Source: the human T2T-CHM13v2.0 reference genome, Homo sapiens. Taken from it: DNA of 64,000 nucleotides. The position numbers and the translations under genes were made by a program. The first letter of the stretch is position 1; every line of letters begins with the position of its first letter. Positions 48,474 through 64,000 of this stretch are shown piece by piece. The notes beneath the pieces were generated by a model that was not told where the DNA came from, made no database searches, and worked only from the letters and a program-made list of their open reading frames with translations. Location: assembly GCF_009914755.1 (NCBI RefSeq), contig NC_060931.1. One strand, given 5' to 3'.

Positions 48474-49426
48474 TCAGGTCATTAAAATTCCCTGCTTGAA
48501 ATCCTTCAGAGATTTCCCGTTGCCTGGACTTAAGAGTCCAGGCTTTTGAAGGTGGCTTAAAGGCCCTGTGACCACGTGGCCTCTGCTTACCCCTCCAACC
48601 TAACTCTACCATATATCCTAGTTTATACCTGCTTTCTCAATGTAATTATTAATATCACCAGTAGCGTACCCCATTTCTTTCTTGGAAGTTTCCTGGTTAG
48701 GACAAAAATTCATATGGTCTGCTTAAGTATCTAGCTCTCTGATTATTTGAGAAATATTGCAACATAACCTCAAATATCTTATGTATTACTTGAATTATAA
48801 CTTGTTCATCAGGATTATTTTGGAGGAATAACGAGAGTTAAGGGAGTACTTGTTAGAGAGTCCTCATTTATTCTAGAGGATTGAAAGGCACAAATTAATT
48901 ATTATTTTTAAAGCAGTAGGCAAGAGGTGAAATAGCATTGTGATACATCACAGGCATTCTCTTAACGACCTTTCTCACTTATAAGTAAGTTAATTTATTC
49001 CAGTACTTTTAAGTGACTAAAGAAACAGCAGCCCCTAAGATTGTGAAGTGAACAAAGGTGATAATCACAAGCTAGGTCCAGTTTTCACTTGCATGGAAAA
49101 AGCTAGATTAGCATCTGTATGTTTAAAATAAATTATCTACTTATGAAAGTAGATTATCTAGAATGTTCGTGAATATTTCAGAGTACAATTAATTTTAATG
49201 AATTGTATTTTATTTAGTGTCCCCTTTTGTGGTCCACTAATAATTTGATTACGCATAAATATTTGAGAACATGTTTTTCTAGCTACTATATTGGAATGAT
49301 GGCCTACTTTGTATTTTATGTGTTCTTGTCAAAGTACTGTACAATTTGCAGTATTTTATAGATTTTTAAAGTTGGACATTCCATGGCCCTAAATTCATTC
49401 TTATGCTTATTTTCTTTGCCAATAAG

Positions 49427-49506
49427 GTGTATGGCAAAAAAATAGATGGACAGCAAACCATTATTGCATGCATAGAAAGCCATCAGTTCCAAGCAAAAAA
49501 TTTTTG
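49427..49506 (+). CDS. CAPZA2: CAPZA2 exon 6 ([27 protein letters not shown])
   Basis: aag acceptor; TG|gtaagt donor; 80 nt. Confidence 0.97.
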
Positions 49507-50257
49507 GTAAGTTAAAATTTTGGATATTGGGGAGTTTTGGCATTGTTTTAAGTCTTTGTAGTTCTTGCTTTAGTGATTTGGGCTACACCTTGTTTGTTTA
49601 TGATTAAGAACAATTTAGAGATGGTATAAAATTTTAGCCTTTTGATATAAGGAAGGTAAATTTGCTCAACAGCCTAATCACTAAAGGTAGTGGTAAATCT
49701 GTTGACATTCAGTGGAAAGAGTATGGGACTAGCAAACAGCATCCTGAGGGAGCATGTGTGCCTGCGAGAACACCAGTTGGCAATCCATATGCTCATTCTG
49801 TGAAGGGGCTGTTCCTGAATGAAACTTATGTGCAGGAGAACAAAGATAATTATAGAACAAAAAATGATACTACTTTTGTGAACTTTGTGACTCTGAAGTA
49901 GAGGATTGCTTTGTACTTGGTTAGCCAATGTGAGGAAATAATGACATGTTTTATACAATGAGGAAGATTACATTCATGCCTTGTAATTTTGTGTACAAAT
50001 AATTCCATTATTCCTTATAAACTTCAAGCCCTCAGGAGCACTGATTTACCATACTGGTCTTGGACCTTTGACAAGTTGTTGGTCATTTTTATTCTTAGAC
50101 AAGACTATTTCTGAGTACCTGTTACAAAATTCTGAGGTTCTTTAAGACTTTACAAGTCCATAATTGAATGAAATCTTTACGTTTATCCCTGTTTTACATG
50201 CTGAGGTCACCAGAATAAGTATGGTCATAATATTTACCTTTTAGTATATTAGCCTTT

Positions 50258-50460
50258 GACTTACTAGCCAAGTTGGTTGGTGGTGCTATTAAGGGTAAAG
50301 TAACAGGTAACCCCTGTGGGCCAGTTGGGTTCATGGCCCAAGGTTGCTCCACTGCTTAGCCATCTCAGAAATAAATGCAGGGTTGCAAGGTTAACCAAGA
50401 ATATTTGGAGGAATGCAGATCCATCATCACTGAAGGAAAATCAATGCCATATGTGAATGT
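50258..50460 (+). mobile_element. Ancient tRNA-derived SINE (MamSINE1-like)
   Basis: tag..caagttggtt..gtggtgcta..aag tRNA-like head, cccctgtgggccagtt, agatccatcatcact...ggaaaa; family recalled from memory. Confidence 0.45.
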
Positions 50461-50825
50461 ATGCCTTAATGACTAGCCACAGTTCCCTAAAGGTTCTGTC
50501 ATATAGAGTTACTTTTATGGACTTAATATAAGTGTAGTTTCTCTGTGTTGGGTCTAAAATCTTGTAGCATTAATCTAGAATCCTGAAACAATATTTATAA
50601 AATTATTACTAATTTATGTTATTTATGCCAGGAAACACATAATAAAATCAATCTTGTTGAGATGGAGCTACTATTAGAAGAAAATTCTTTTTACTACGTT
50701 CTTCTTTATAATACATTGGAGCTGTTACAATAAGCTTACTAATTTGTCTTTTTAAAATCTAATTCCTTTGAGCTTTAACATATATAAAATGAAGAAAATG
50801 TCTGTCCTTGAGTTTTATTTTCTGT

Positions 50826-50940
50826 TTAGAGACAGAGTCTTGCTGTGTTGCCCAGGCCGGTCTCAAATTCCAGGGCTCAAGTGATCCTCCTGCCTCCGGT
50901 TCCCAAGTAGCTGGAACTACAGGTTCACATGGTGCCCAAC
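50826..50940 (-). mobile_element. FLAM / Alu monomer
   Basis: Single antisense arm. Confidence 0.8.
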
Positions 50941-51155
50941 TTGTCATTGAATTTTCTATTCTCACTATTTCACTTTACAAGGGTAATTTTTCCTAAGCCA
51001 TCACTATGAGCATTGTATCACTTAACTTAATGGCTTTCACTTTCTGGAAAAAAATGTATTTTATATGCTTTGATATGATTTTTCCATAGTGATAATATCA
51101 TGGCACAATAGTCTCAGTAAAATCTAAGTAGTTAATACAAAGAACTATACTTCAA

Positions 51156-51440
51156 GCCAGGCATCTGTAATCCCAGCACTTTTGGAGACCAAGGTAGGAG
51201 GATGGCCAGAGGCCAGGAGTTCAAGAAACCTGGGCAACATAGTACGACCCCATCTCTAGGAAAAAAAAAAAAAAATTAGCCAGGCATGGTGGTGCGTGCC
51301 TATAGTCCTAGCTACTTGGGAGGCTGAGGCAAGAGGATCTCTTGAGCCCAAGAGTTCAAGCCTGCAGTGAGCTATAATCACGCCACTGCACTTCAGTCTG
51401 GGTGACAAAGCAAGACCCTATCTCTAGAAGAAAAAAAAAA
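51156..51440 (+). mobile_element. Alu (AluJ-like)
   Basis: Diverged dimer; tatacttca on both sides. Confidence 0.88.
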
Positions 51441-52106
51441 GAAATATACTTCAGTTCATCTAAAATATAGGTAGAGTAAAAATCAGAAGCAACTAGTCTT
51501 AGATGTTTCTTAGATTTCAGTAGAGACCTTCTCTTCTTTGTCTCTACCATTTCTCCAGGATCTAGCAGTATTAGGGGCTTAATATAAATGTTTGTTGAGT
51601 GAATACATATTTGTAATTACAGAGTTAATAAACGAGAGGGGCAGAATATAATTAAAGGCTAGGACATATTGGCCATTTACTCTACTAATAAAAGAGTACT
51701 ATCTACTCAGTGTCATTTACTGTTACTGTAGTAATTAATGCCTTTGGAAGAATCTTTTGAAATAGTTCTCAAATTGGTACCACTACTTGGTTTGGAATTA
51801 TTTTTTTTTCTTTTCATAATCAATGGTTATATAAATGTATATTGTCCTAGTCAGTATTTTATATATGCTAAGGACTCACTAGCTGGCTTGGCACTAATAC
51901 CTCAATAAAAGGAATACTTCTTTTGGAATCATGAAACAAAAGTGAATAAACCTCCAAGTTATTTTTCCAACCAACCTTCTTTGAAAAATCTTGGATGAGT
52001 CACTCAAATCAAGACATGTTATAAAATTATCTGTTATTTTGTAGAACATATACATTGTTCTAATAATAATTTTCAAATATTCAGTGTAACTGTAAGTATG
52101 AGAATA

Positions 52107-52325
52107 CAGGTTGAATATCTCTTATCCAAAATGCTTGGGACCAGAAGTCTTTTGGATTTCAAATTTTTAAATATTTACATCATACTTACCAGTTTAACAT
52201 CCCTAATTCAAAAATTCAAAATTCAGAATGCTCCAATAATCGTTTCCTTTGAGCATCATGTCAGTGCTCAAAAAGTTGCAGATTTTGAGGTATTTCAGAT
52301 TTTTGAATTAGGAAGACTCAACTTG
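52107..52325. mobile_element. Tigger4a/MER46-like (TcMar) MITE
   Basis: TA|caggttgaatatc...gactcaacttg|TA terminal inverted repeats with TA duplication. Confidence 0.8.
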
Positions 52326-53042
52326 TACTATCATTCTATAGACTTTATGATTGGGTAGACTACATGAGTATTGAACCCAGAAATCATTGTCTAGCAAAAG
52401 CCAGTATAGTGATTAATTACCCTGTGACTATTATATAATGTTCAAAAAAGCTAACATATTAGAATGTCCTTAGCGTGCAGAGAGCAAACAGAGACAAAAA
52501 GAAAAGTTACCCTGAAAAGTTTGTCAGAAAAATAGAATATCAGACGCTAAACTACTCATCCAGAATTTTGTCAAAAAAGAAAAATAAGATAAAATTCACT
52601 GGTAGACAAAAAGTAGTAACATACCAGTTTGTAATTTCTCAGTTTCAAACCATGAATATGTATTTGTATACCAAAAATCATTTCAGGAGCAGAGAAGGAG
52701 GATATGCCTTTTATGTGGAGACTTTAAACATAAAATTGGAAAACTAAAAAAAAAAAAACTCATGTTAATAAGTATAGTCCTTTATTTCCAGATATCAAAA
52801 CCTCTTTAAGAGTGTTGTATAACATTTACTAGTCATTCTTTTTAAATTGTATGGTACTTTGTATCATTCAGTAGATGTTAAACTACACTGAGTGTATTTA
52901 TAAAAGCCCCTGTTAATCTAAACATTTATTCCATTTATTTTGGAAATATAAGTGATTTGATTGAAGAAGTAGCTTAAAATTTATCTCCACAGTAGCTTAT
53001 GACTTAGTTTTGTATTGGTTTTTGTTTTGTTTTGTTTTTTTT

Positions 53043-53128
53043 AAGGCTAGTCAAGTGGAGATGGAACAAAGAAACCTGTAACTGATTGTGATCAATTAGT
53101 GGCAAACAGCACTGCACACACACCAGCC
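53043..53128 (-). pseudogene. Y RNA (hY3-like) processed pseudogene
   Basis: Reverse complement GGCTGGT...GTGCAGTG...ACTAATTGATCACAATCAGTTACAG...TTCTTTGTTCC...CACTTGACTAGCCTT followed by an A-rich tail (T-rich 53019-53042 on +). Confidence 0.9.
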
Positions 53129-53396
53129 TGAATTGTATTTTAAGCCTTAGCTTTAGAATTCTGGCATTAAATCCATTATGTAAGTTCTTTCTTATCAGTA
53201 GGGTGAAAATTAAATATGTATCATAACTGGACTTAACCTTTTGATTATTTTTGACTATTTCAGTGATTAAAAATTTAATGTCCAGTATTCATCCCCCACA
53301 CTCTCTCATACTGTAGCATGAAATATAATCTGAAACTTAAAATTGATTCAAATTATTTTCCCTACCTTATTTACAGCTGCTGTTTTTATTTTTAAG

Positions 53397-53475
53397 GAAT
53401 GGTCGTTGGAGGTCAGAATGGAAGTTTACAATCACTCCTTCAACCACTCAAGTGGTTGGCATCTTGAAAATTCAG
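53397..53475 (+). CDS. CAPZA2: CAPZA2 exon 7 ([26 protein letters not shown])
   Basis: ttttaag acceptor; CAG|gtatga donor; 79 nt; conserved NGRWRSEW motif. Confidence 0.97.
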
Positions 53476-53887
53476 GTATGAAAAATAATTTGTTTACTGA
53501 TCTTTAGATGATTCTGAACAGAGAAACAACTAATTCCTAAGTTTACATTTTCATAGTATATCATACACATTTCTTTTTCAGGTCTTTGTTTTGGGGTAAT
53601 GGGAAAAACAATAGTGCTGTTTTAAATCTTTTAAATAACCTGGCAGTTTATTCCCTAGTCATCAAAAATCTGCAAGGATAGCTGACAGATTATAAAACAC
53701 AGCTAAAATTAGATGCTGCCATTTGGTCTGCTCTTCAGATACAATTTGTTCATGCAGGCGTCTTCTGAGTTTGAGTTGTGTACTTCTCTCCTCTGAATTG
53801 GGTGGAGTGGGGTGAAGTATCATATTAATATATGCATGTGTGTAGTTGTATAAATATATTGTATGCATGTATTAACGTGTATGTATT

Positions 53888-54202
<315 letters not shown>

Positions 54203-55232
54203 TTAATATGGCTAAAAGGGTTAGGACAGACAGACACCAAGTACTCGATGAATGGTAGTCATTATTGTCAGCATTATTCTTCCTTCACTTAGGCCTCAGT
54301 GGCGCTTACCTGGATAATTACAGCAGTTTTAAAATGGTGCCCCTTGTAGGACCAAAGCTTATTGAGAGCAAGGATTGTCTGATTCACAGTACAGTCTTCA
54401 GCATTTAGCATAGTACCATATGATTGTTATTTTGTTGAATTGGTGGACTCTTTGACATTCACACTGCCATCAAAAAGATAGTTTTTTAAATTTAAATGTG
54501 GATATGTTACTTGACTATGTAAGACCATTTAGTAGTACACTCTCATCTGCCAGATAGTCCAGACATATTTGCATGACATACAAGGCCCAGAGTTGACTGG
54601 TTTGCTACCTGTATATATTTCTACAGCTATTACTCTCCCCAACTTCACATACCTCTAGTCCTCTCTGAAATATACTGAAGCCTTTTTTAACCCTCAGAAA
54701 GAATCTAGAGTACTGCTAACATACTTTATACATACCTTTACCATGTTGTGCTGAAATACGAGATCAGGGACTGTGTCTTTTTAAAAGCCATATAACCTCA
54801 GTACCTTATGTAGCAGCAGTGTTTACAGCACTCATTCAGTGTTTGTTGAGTAAATTCATGTCTGAGTTTGGGGAATTAAATGGTTGGTGGAAATACACAA
54901 AAGAAGAACAGGATTGGGAAGGAATATTGTGAGCTCAGATTTGGACATCTTGGTTTTAGATACCAGTAGAATGAATGACTGTGAGGCAAAAATGTCCAGC
55001 AGTCAGGTCAATAGAAGGCTTGCCTGAATAACTACAGGAATATCTCTAACTAGTCTCCTCACTAGGCTGAGGGCAGGAAGAGTCTTGCTGGAGTTCAAAA
55101 GTTTTGGGGCTCAGCAGAGAAGTCTAGACTAGAGCTGAAATATGTAGTCAGTCTGCATTGATATGCTTGTTGACGCAATAAGGTTCTTGATGATTCCTGT
55201 AATGTGGTTTCTGTAATTTCTTTTTCTAATAG

Positions 55233-55304
55233 GTTCATTATTATGAAGATGGTAATGTTCAGCTAGTGAGTCATAAAGATATACAAGATTCCCTAACAGT
55301 GTCT
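55233..55304 (+). CDS. CAPZA2: CAPZA2 exon 8 (VHYYEDGNVQLVSHKDIQDSLTVS)
   Basis: tag acceptor; TCT|gtaagt donor; 72 nt; VHYYEDGNV capping-protein alpha signature. Confidence 0.97.
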
Positions 55305-55454
55305 GTAAGTAATTAATTCCACAATAAAATTTAACCTAATACTTCTGTAAAACCAGAACAGTTTTGGAATGAACATTTTAAGTAATATTTCTGCTTCAGA
55401 TTACCGTGTTTTCTGATAGATTAAAGATAAGTAATTGCAAACCTGTACCTAACT

Positions 55455-56585
55455 TTTTTGCAGCTTTGAGATATAATTTGTATACCATTCAGTTCATTCA
55501 TTTAAAATATAAGCTTCAAATTTTTCTCTTTTTTTTTTGTATATTACTAACAGGGTTGGACAGCAGTCACCACAATCTAATTTTAGAACATTTTCATGCT
55601 CCTTAAAAGAAACACTGTACCATTAGCAATCATTCTCCATTCTACCCAGCCCTTCCCCCAGAACCCTCCCAGCCCTAGGCAGTGGCTAATCTACTTTCTG
55701 GCTCTGTGGATTTGCTTGTGCTGGACATTTGATATAAATGTAATCATAATATATAGTCTTTTCTGACTGGCTTTTTTCATTTAACATGTTCAACATTCAT
55801 CCTTTTTGGAGCATGTATTAGTACGTTGTTCCTTTTTATTGCCAAATAATACTCTGTTTTATGGACATACCACATTTTATCCATTCTTCAGTTAATGGAC
55901 ATTTCTGTGTTCTACTTTTTGCTGCTGTGAACATTTGTGTACTATTTTTTGTGTAGCTTTTTAAATTTATTTTTGGTATATACATAGGAGTGGAATTGCT
56001 GGGTCATTTGGTAACTATGTTTAACCTTTTGAAGAACTGCCAGACTGTTTTCCATCTTATAGTTTCACCAGCAGTGTATAAGAGTTTCAGTTTTTCTGTA
56101 TCTTTTTCCAAAATGTGTCCTTTTGATGATAGCCATCCTAGTCAGTATGAAGTAGTGTCTTATTGTGGTTTTTATTTACATTTTCTTGATGCTAATGATT
56201 TTGAGCATCTTTTCTTGTGCTTATGATCATTTGTATATCTTTTGGGGGGAAATACCTATTCAGATCCTTTGCTCATTTCCTAATTGATTATTCACATTTG
56301 TATTACTGAGTTGTACTTGTTCATATATTCTGGATACAAGTCCAGTGTATCACATACATGATTTCAGATATTTTCATCCTTCTCTGTGTTGTCTTTTCAC
56401 TTTCTTGATGATATTGTTTGCAAAACAGAAGATTTTGGTTTTGATTTTTTTCTTTTGTCATTTGAGATTTGAAATATTAATAGAAACCATTGTCTACCCA
56501 AGGTCGTGGAGATCTACTCCAGTGTTTTCTTCTAAAAGTATTATATAATAGTTTTAGCTCTTACATTTAGGTCTATGATCTTCTA
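55455..56585 (-). mobile_element. L1MB-like 3' fragment
   Basis: gctttgagatataatt, taggagtggaattgctgggtca, ttgaagaactgccagactgttttcc. Confidence 0.85.
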
Positions 56586-56786
56586 CCTAACTTTTAAACT
56601 GTATCCTATCTTTTCATTTCAGTAGCTATTTGGATCATGATTTAATGAAGTTTTTTTTTTAAGTTCATCTTTCAAATTTAAGAATTTTTGAACTTGGTTT
56701 TATTTCTCCACAGAATTCTTTCACACATTCTTTCCCTTGCATATGCAACTGTTTCCTTGTTGATTTTTGTTGGTTTGGTTGGTTTT

Positions 56787-57922
<1,136 letters not shown>

Positions 57923-58161
57923 CCTGAAGCTATCTTTTAAAAAAATTTTTACTAGCACTTAGGTGATTTCTGCTTTGACCTAATTGGTACTCTCCTTGCA
58001 AAATTTGCCAGTGAAAAAAACTTACTAATGTCTGATTTTCCATGAGATGTTCTCCATATAGTTACATATCATATGTAATTACTACATTCAATATTATTGA
58101 CATAACAAGGGTATGGTGCCGTCTTGTTTGGGGAGTTTGACATTGAGCGAAGATGCTTCCT

Positions 58162-58480
<319 letters not shown>

Positions 58481-59225
58481 CAGATGCTTCCTAAGAGAAA
58501 TTTGTCCACAAGAGTACAGAGGGTACGGTTTTGAGAGATGGTCATAGTAATTAAACTTGACTAATATGCCAGTTTGTGCTCGTTTTTTTAGGAATGACCA
58601 TTTTTACTCTATCTTAGGAGGTTTTCATTGTTTTATATTTTTACACCATATATATAAAGTATAAGGTGTTAGAGACTTTTACATTAACACTGTTTTATTT
58701 TTTAAATCCAGATTCTGTTAACTTTACTGTTAGGAAAAAGCAAACAAACCCATCTATTGGCATGTTAAAAAAAAAATTTCCAGAAAAATACATTCTTCCT
58801 GATTAGTGATTTTTTTTTTTTTTTTGGTATCACTGTTCTGTTACGTAATGTTCAGTAAATATTTAACAATATTCAGATAAAGAGTCATCAATTAGAAATC
58901 TTTACCAAACTTCTTACCCATAAAGGTTGTCTATTGGAATGCATGTCCAGTGTTTAAAATTGAACTTTTCATCCATGTGTGTATCATTGAGATTTCACTT
59001 TCCTTAGCCAGCTGAACATTGAGACCAGCTTATTCTGTAGACTTTTAAAATAATTTTACCTATTTTCCCCTTAGACTTAGAATAATTGATCTTACAATAT
59101 TTGTTCTATGTCATAATTTCCTTCTGTGTTATTTATTATAACATTACATTAACCATACATATATTTTAAAATAATAGTGGTTTAGTTTTAAATTACTATT
59201 TTTATTTTGTTTTTTTTTTTTTCAG

Positions 59226-59288
59226 AATGAAGTGCAAACAGCAAAAGAATTTATAAAGATTGTAGAAGCTGCAGAAAATGAATACCAG
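59226..59288 (+). CDS. CAPZA2: CAPZA2 exon 9 (NEVQTAKEFIKIVEAAENEYQ)
   Basis: poly-T + cag acceptor; CAG|gtatga donor; 63 nt. Confidence 0.97.
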
Positions 59289-59510
59289 GTATGATTTTTT
59301 AAATATTATATAAGCTACACTCACATATGAATTAATGTCACTGAAATTTTAATTTCAGCCAAAGGCTGAATTTTTCCATTGCATCAGTTAGAGTCTTTTT
59401 GTTGTGTGTCTGCTTTTAACACAAAGGCAGACTTACTAATGTGTAGGCAAAAAGAGTGGCAAGTAAATTGAATTCCATTAATAGTTTGTGTTTTCAAAAT
59501 ACTAAGACTA

Positions 59511-60065
<555 letters not shown>

Positions 60066-60402
60066 TATCAGTCAAAATATGCCAGACTTTAAGTGGCTAT
60101 TTTTTTTCTGGTTGGAAATTTTAATTCAGGCTGTGTCTTAGCATTTGGATTATGTGTAATCTGTTTAGATCACATTTCATTTTGTGCTTTACTTTTTATA
60201 TTATTTATCAGCTTCTAAACTACACTCTTGAATTGAACCATTTAATTTGTGAATTGGACAAGTTTCTACTCCTTAAAAATAATAATCTATAAATTGTTCT
60301 GACATACTAAAATAAATTCAAAATGACACACAAATATTAAGTCTAATTTATAGTTTTATTTCATTAAGTTTATTCAAAATTATTATAGGCTTTTTCTTCT
60401 AG

Positions 60403-60721
<319 letters not shown>

Positions 60722-60892
60722 TCTTCTAGCTGCTGTTAAACAGCTTTTAAAACAATGTTGGGATTTTATTTGACTGTTTAAAAACAGTGAAACAGGCTGC
60801 TTAAATAAAACTTATTCTGAAAACATCTATGTGCTTTATAAATTGTTCTGTTCTTTGCTTTACTTTAAACTTCTAACTATTGTTTTTCATAG

Positions 60893-61033
<141 letters not shown>

Positions 61034-62430
61034 GATGAACATTGCATGACCGGATCATTTTAGTGTCTTTGCGTTAAAAAATCATTGCAAAAGTATTCTG
61101 AACTGTCAAGCTGCCCAGTCAGATGGGCTGTTGCCATTTAAAATCACTGTAATTAATTAGTTTGATTAGAGCACAAAGCTTAGCTAATCAACCATTATTT
61201 TTCATTTTGTTTGTTCTAAGAGGATTGAAAATCAGTTTAGTTTAAATGTCTTTCTGTTAGGCCTTTCTTTCTTACAATGAAGAGATGATTCTTCTAGTTT
61301 ATGGTTAAAAGTTTTTGAAGTGTCTCAAAAATATTTTACTAACTGTAACCCTAAAATTGATGTCTTTTGGTTTATGAAATCAGTAATTTTTGATATTTCC
61401 CCAGTTCTTTTTAATGGGGTCAATAATGGACATTCTAGTTTAAGGTGGTTGATGGATTTAGCCATATATGCTGCTAAAGAAATTGTCTACCTTTTCTTCC
61501 TCACCTGTTCCATTTATGTAAAGTTGAGATTAGAGGGAAAGCATTTTCTATATCAATTGTGTTTAAACCTTTCAAGAAGGTTATTTAGCTAGCTTAGTGT
61601 TGAACTAAATTTTTTTTAAACAAGGCAAGGTCTAATGCTGTTTTGAGATTCTGAAATTAATGAAAATACTTATTTCAGAAATGCATTTAATGCTTTTTTT
61701 CTTGTGACAGTTACGCAAATCAGCTTGAATTCCATATGTCCCTGAGTTATTTTTATCATAAAGCCACAAATGTATTATAACAAGGCAAATTGTAATATAT
61801 ATAATCCTGAACTCATGACCATGTCTCGGTTTATTTTTTTTTTCTTGGATTGAAAAGTACTGAAATTCAATGTGACATTAAAATGCAAATTTTCCTATTT
61901 ATTTGAGTAGAAAATCACTTACCAGTGAGCATATATATTTTAAAATACTTTCTTTGGATATTGTAATTCTTAACTGGTTGTAAATTAGAAAAGCTGGGAT
62001 TACATATGGTGTGCGGTTACAGTCTAAATTTTTTCATCCTCCTATGCATCATAAGCATGTTTGTAATATTTTCAAAAATAGTTCTACTGATGCTACAGGA
62101 ATTTCAAGCCTGTGGTGAATGTTAGTATTTACCATAGGGAGTGAAGTGGAGTTATGGTTTCATTCAATAGAGTATTGCTGATTATACTTGAGTGGAATCC
62201 TTTCCTCACGTACTCCCACAGACGTCTGGGCCTGGAAATTTTTTTTTTATTTTATTTTATTGTTTTTTTTTTTAGAAAAACACCACTTTTATTATGTACA
62301 ATAAAATATTTCATTAGCTTGAATTGTATAGATTTTTAAAAATTCAATGAAAGCATGTTGTTTAATTTCTTTTTAAAATCACTGTTGGGCTTTGAAAGCA
62401 TTGAGAATATAATATGAAATTATGACATTT
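61034..62430 (+). other. CAPZA2: CAPZA2 3' UTR (AU-rich; end approximate, longer isoforms possible)
   Basis: Repeat-free AU-rich sequence after the stop; ATTAAA 61877-61882; TGTA 62295-62298 just upstream of AATAAA 62300-62305. Confidence 0.7.
62300..62305 (+). terminator. Canonical polyadenylation signal AATAAA
   Basis: AATAAA immediately preceded by TGTA (CFIm-type element); T-rich sequence downstream. Confidence 0.6.
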
Positions 62431-62749
62431 TGTCTAAATCATCTTTTCTTTAGTTTTAAAATACAAGTTTTGGCACATTGGGATTCCTAAAGAAAATGAA
62501 TTGGTAACATTAATTATCTGTTCCTTTTTAAAATATATATATTTGAAAGTTTGATGATGGTGAACTAAATACTAGATCTAATTGACAAGCTTAGTTGTAT
62601 CAGTTAGGCCATCATGAGTTTCTATCCCATGAAAGTCATCAATTTCCTATCTCTGTTCTAGTCTGGAATGCATTACTGAAAATGTATGCAACTGTTTTTA
62701 AGGTGATTTGCTTGTGAGACGGAAGATTTATCAAAAATAATTTAGAACA

Positions 62750-63122
<373 letters not shown>

Positions 63123-63128
63123 TTATTA

Positions 63129-63484
<356 letters not shown>

Positions 63485-63499
63485 TCAGGGATGTAATTT

Positions 63500-64000
63500 T
63501 AGTAGGAGACATTATGGCTGCTTTGCTGAGTAGGCTGAAGTGTGGTGGCAAAGGCATAATCAGGGAGAACAGCTAGGAGACTACTGCAGTAATCTAGTTG
63601 AGAGAGCATGCTGGCTTGGACTGAGGTGGTTGCTGTAGAGGTGGTATAAAGCAGTGAGGTCTAGGTATATCCTAAAGGTAAAATCAGCAAGACCTGGGGA
63701 GAGTTTGGTCATGGAGTGTGAGATAAAGAGAACCATGTCTGGGGCTGGAGAAATTGAGGAAGATTCTTGTAGGAGCAAGTTGGTTTGGAGAAGAAGGCTG
63801 GTCAGGAGCTCAGTTTTCTATTCAAAGGAGAAATATCTCATGTAGCAGTTAGATACAGGAGACAGGAACTAGAGGAAAGCTCTGGGCTAGAAGAATGGGA
63901 AAGTGCATGAACCTGGAAACAATTTTATAGGCAGACAGGATGAAGGACCTCAAGGTTAGTGATAATGAATTTAAAGTAAATGAGACCAATGATGAGCATG
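63500..64000 (-). mobile_element. L2 fragment
   Basis: aggagactactgcagtaatctag...tggcttggactgaggtgg...aggagctcagtttt, an antisense L2 pattern. Confidence 0.65.

Noticed and set aside
51904-51950. Two intronic AATAAA hexamers in intron 6
   Set aside because: Frequent by chance in AT-rich introns; no supporting terminal exon structure seen.

Overview
Primate (almost certainly human) genomic DNA containing the complete coding region of CAPZA2 (F-actin capping protein subunit alpha-2) on the + strand. It has a CpG-island promoter at about 5.5-6.3 kb and ten coding exons (5800-61033) that splice into an intact 861-nt, 286-aa ORF with GT-AG introns, followed by an AU-rich 3' UTR. The introns are packed with about 37 Alu elements plus L1, L2, MIR, LTR and DNA-transposon relics. 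The most notable hidden content is: (1) a heavily decayed, intronless, 5'- and 3'-truncated retrocopy of RELCH/KIAA1468, antisense in intron 1 (about 16640-19570) and split by three later Alu insertions; (2) a 38-nt tailless U2 snRNA retro-fragment with a 14-bp target-site duplication (TSD) in intron 4; (3) a Y3 RNA pseudogene in intron 6; (4) several candidate unproductive or alternative splice sites; and (5) an inverted pair of NRF1 sites plus a TISU/YY1 motif at the promoter. Gene and repeat identities come from recalled sequences, not database searches, and repeat boundaries are approximate. No convincing new biological system is visible.
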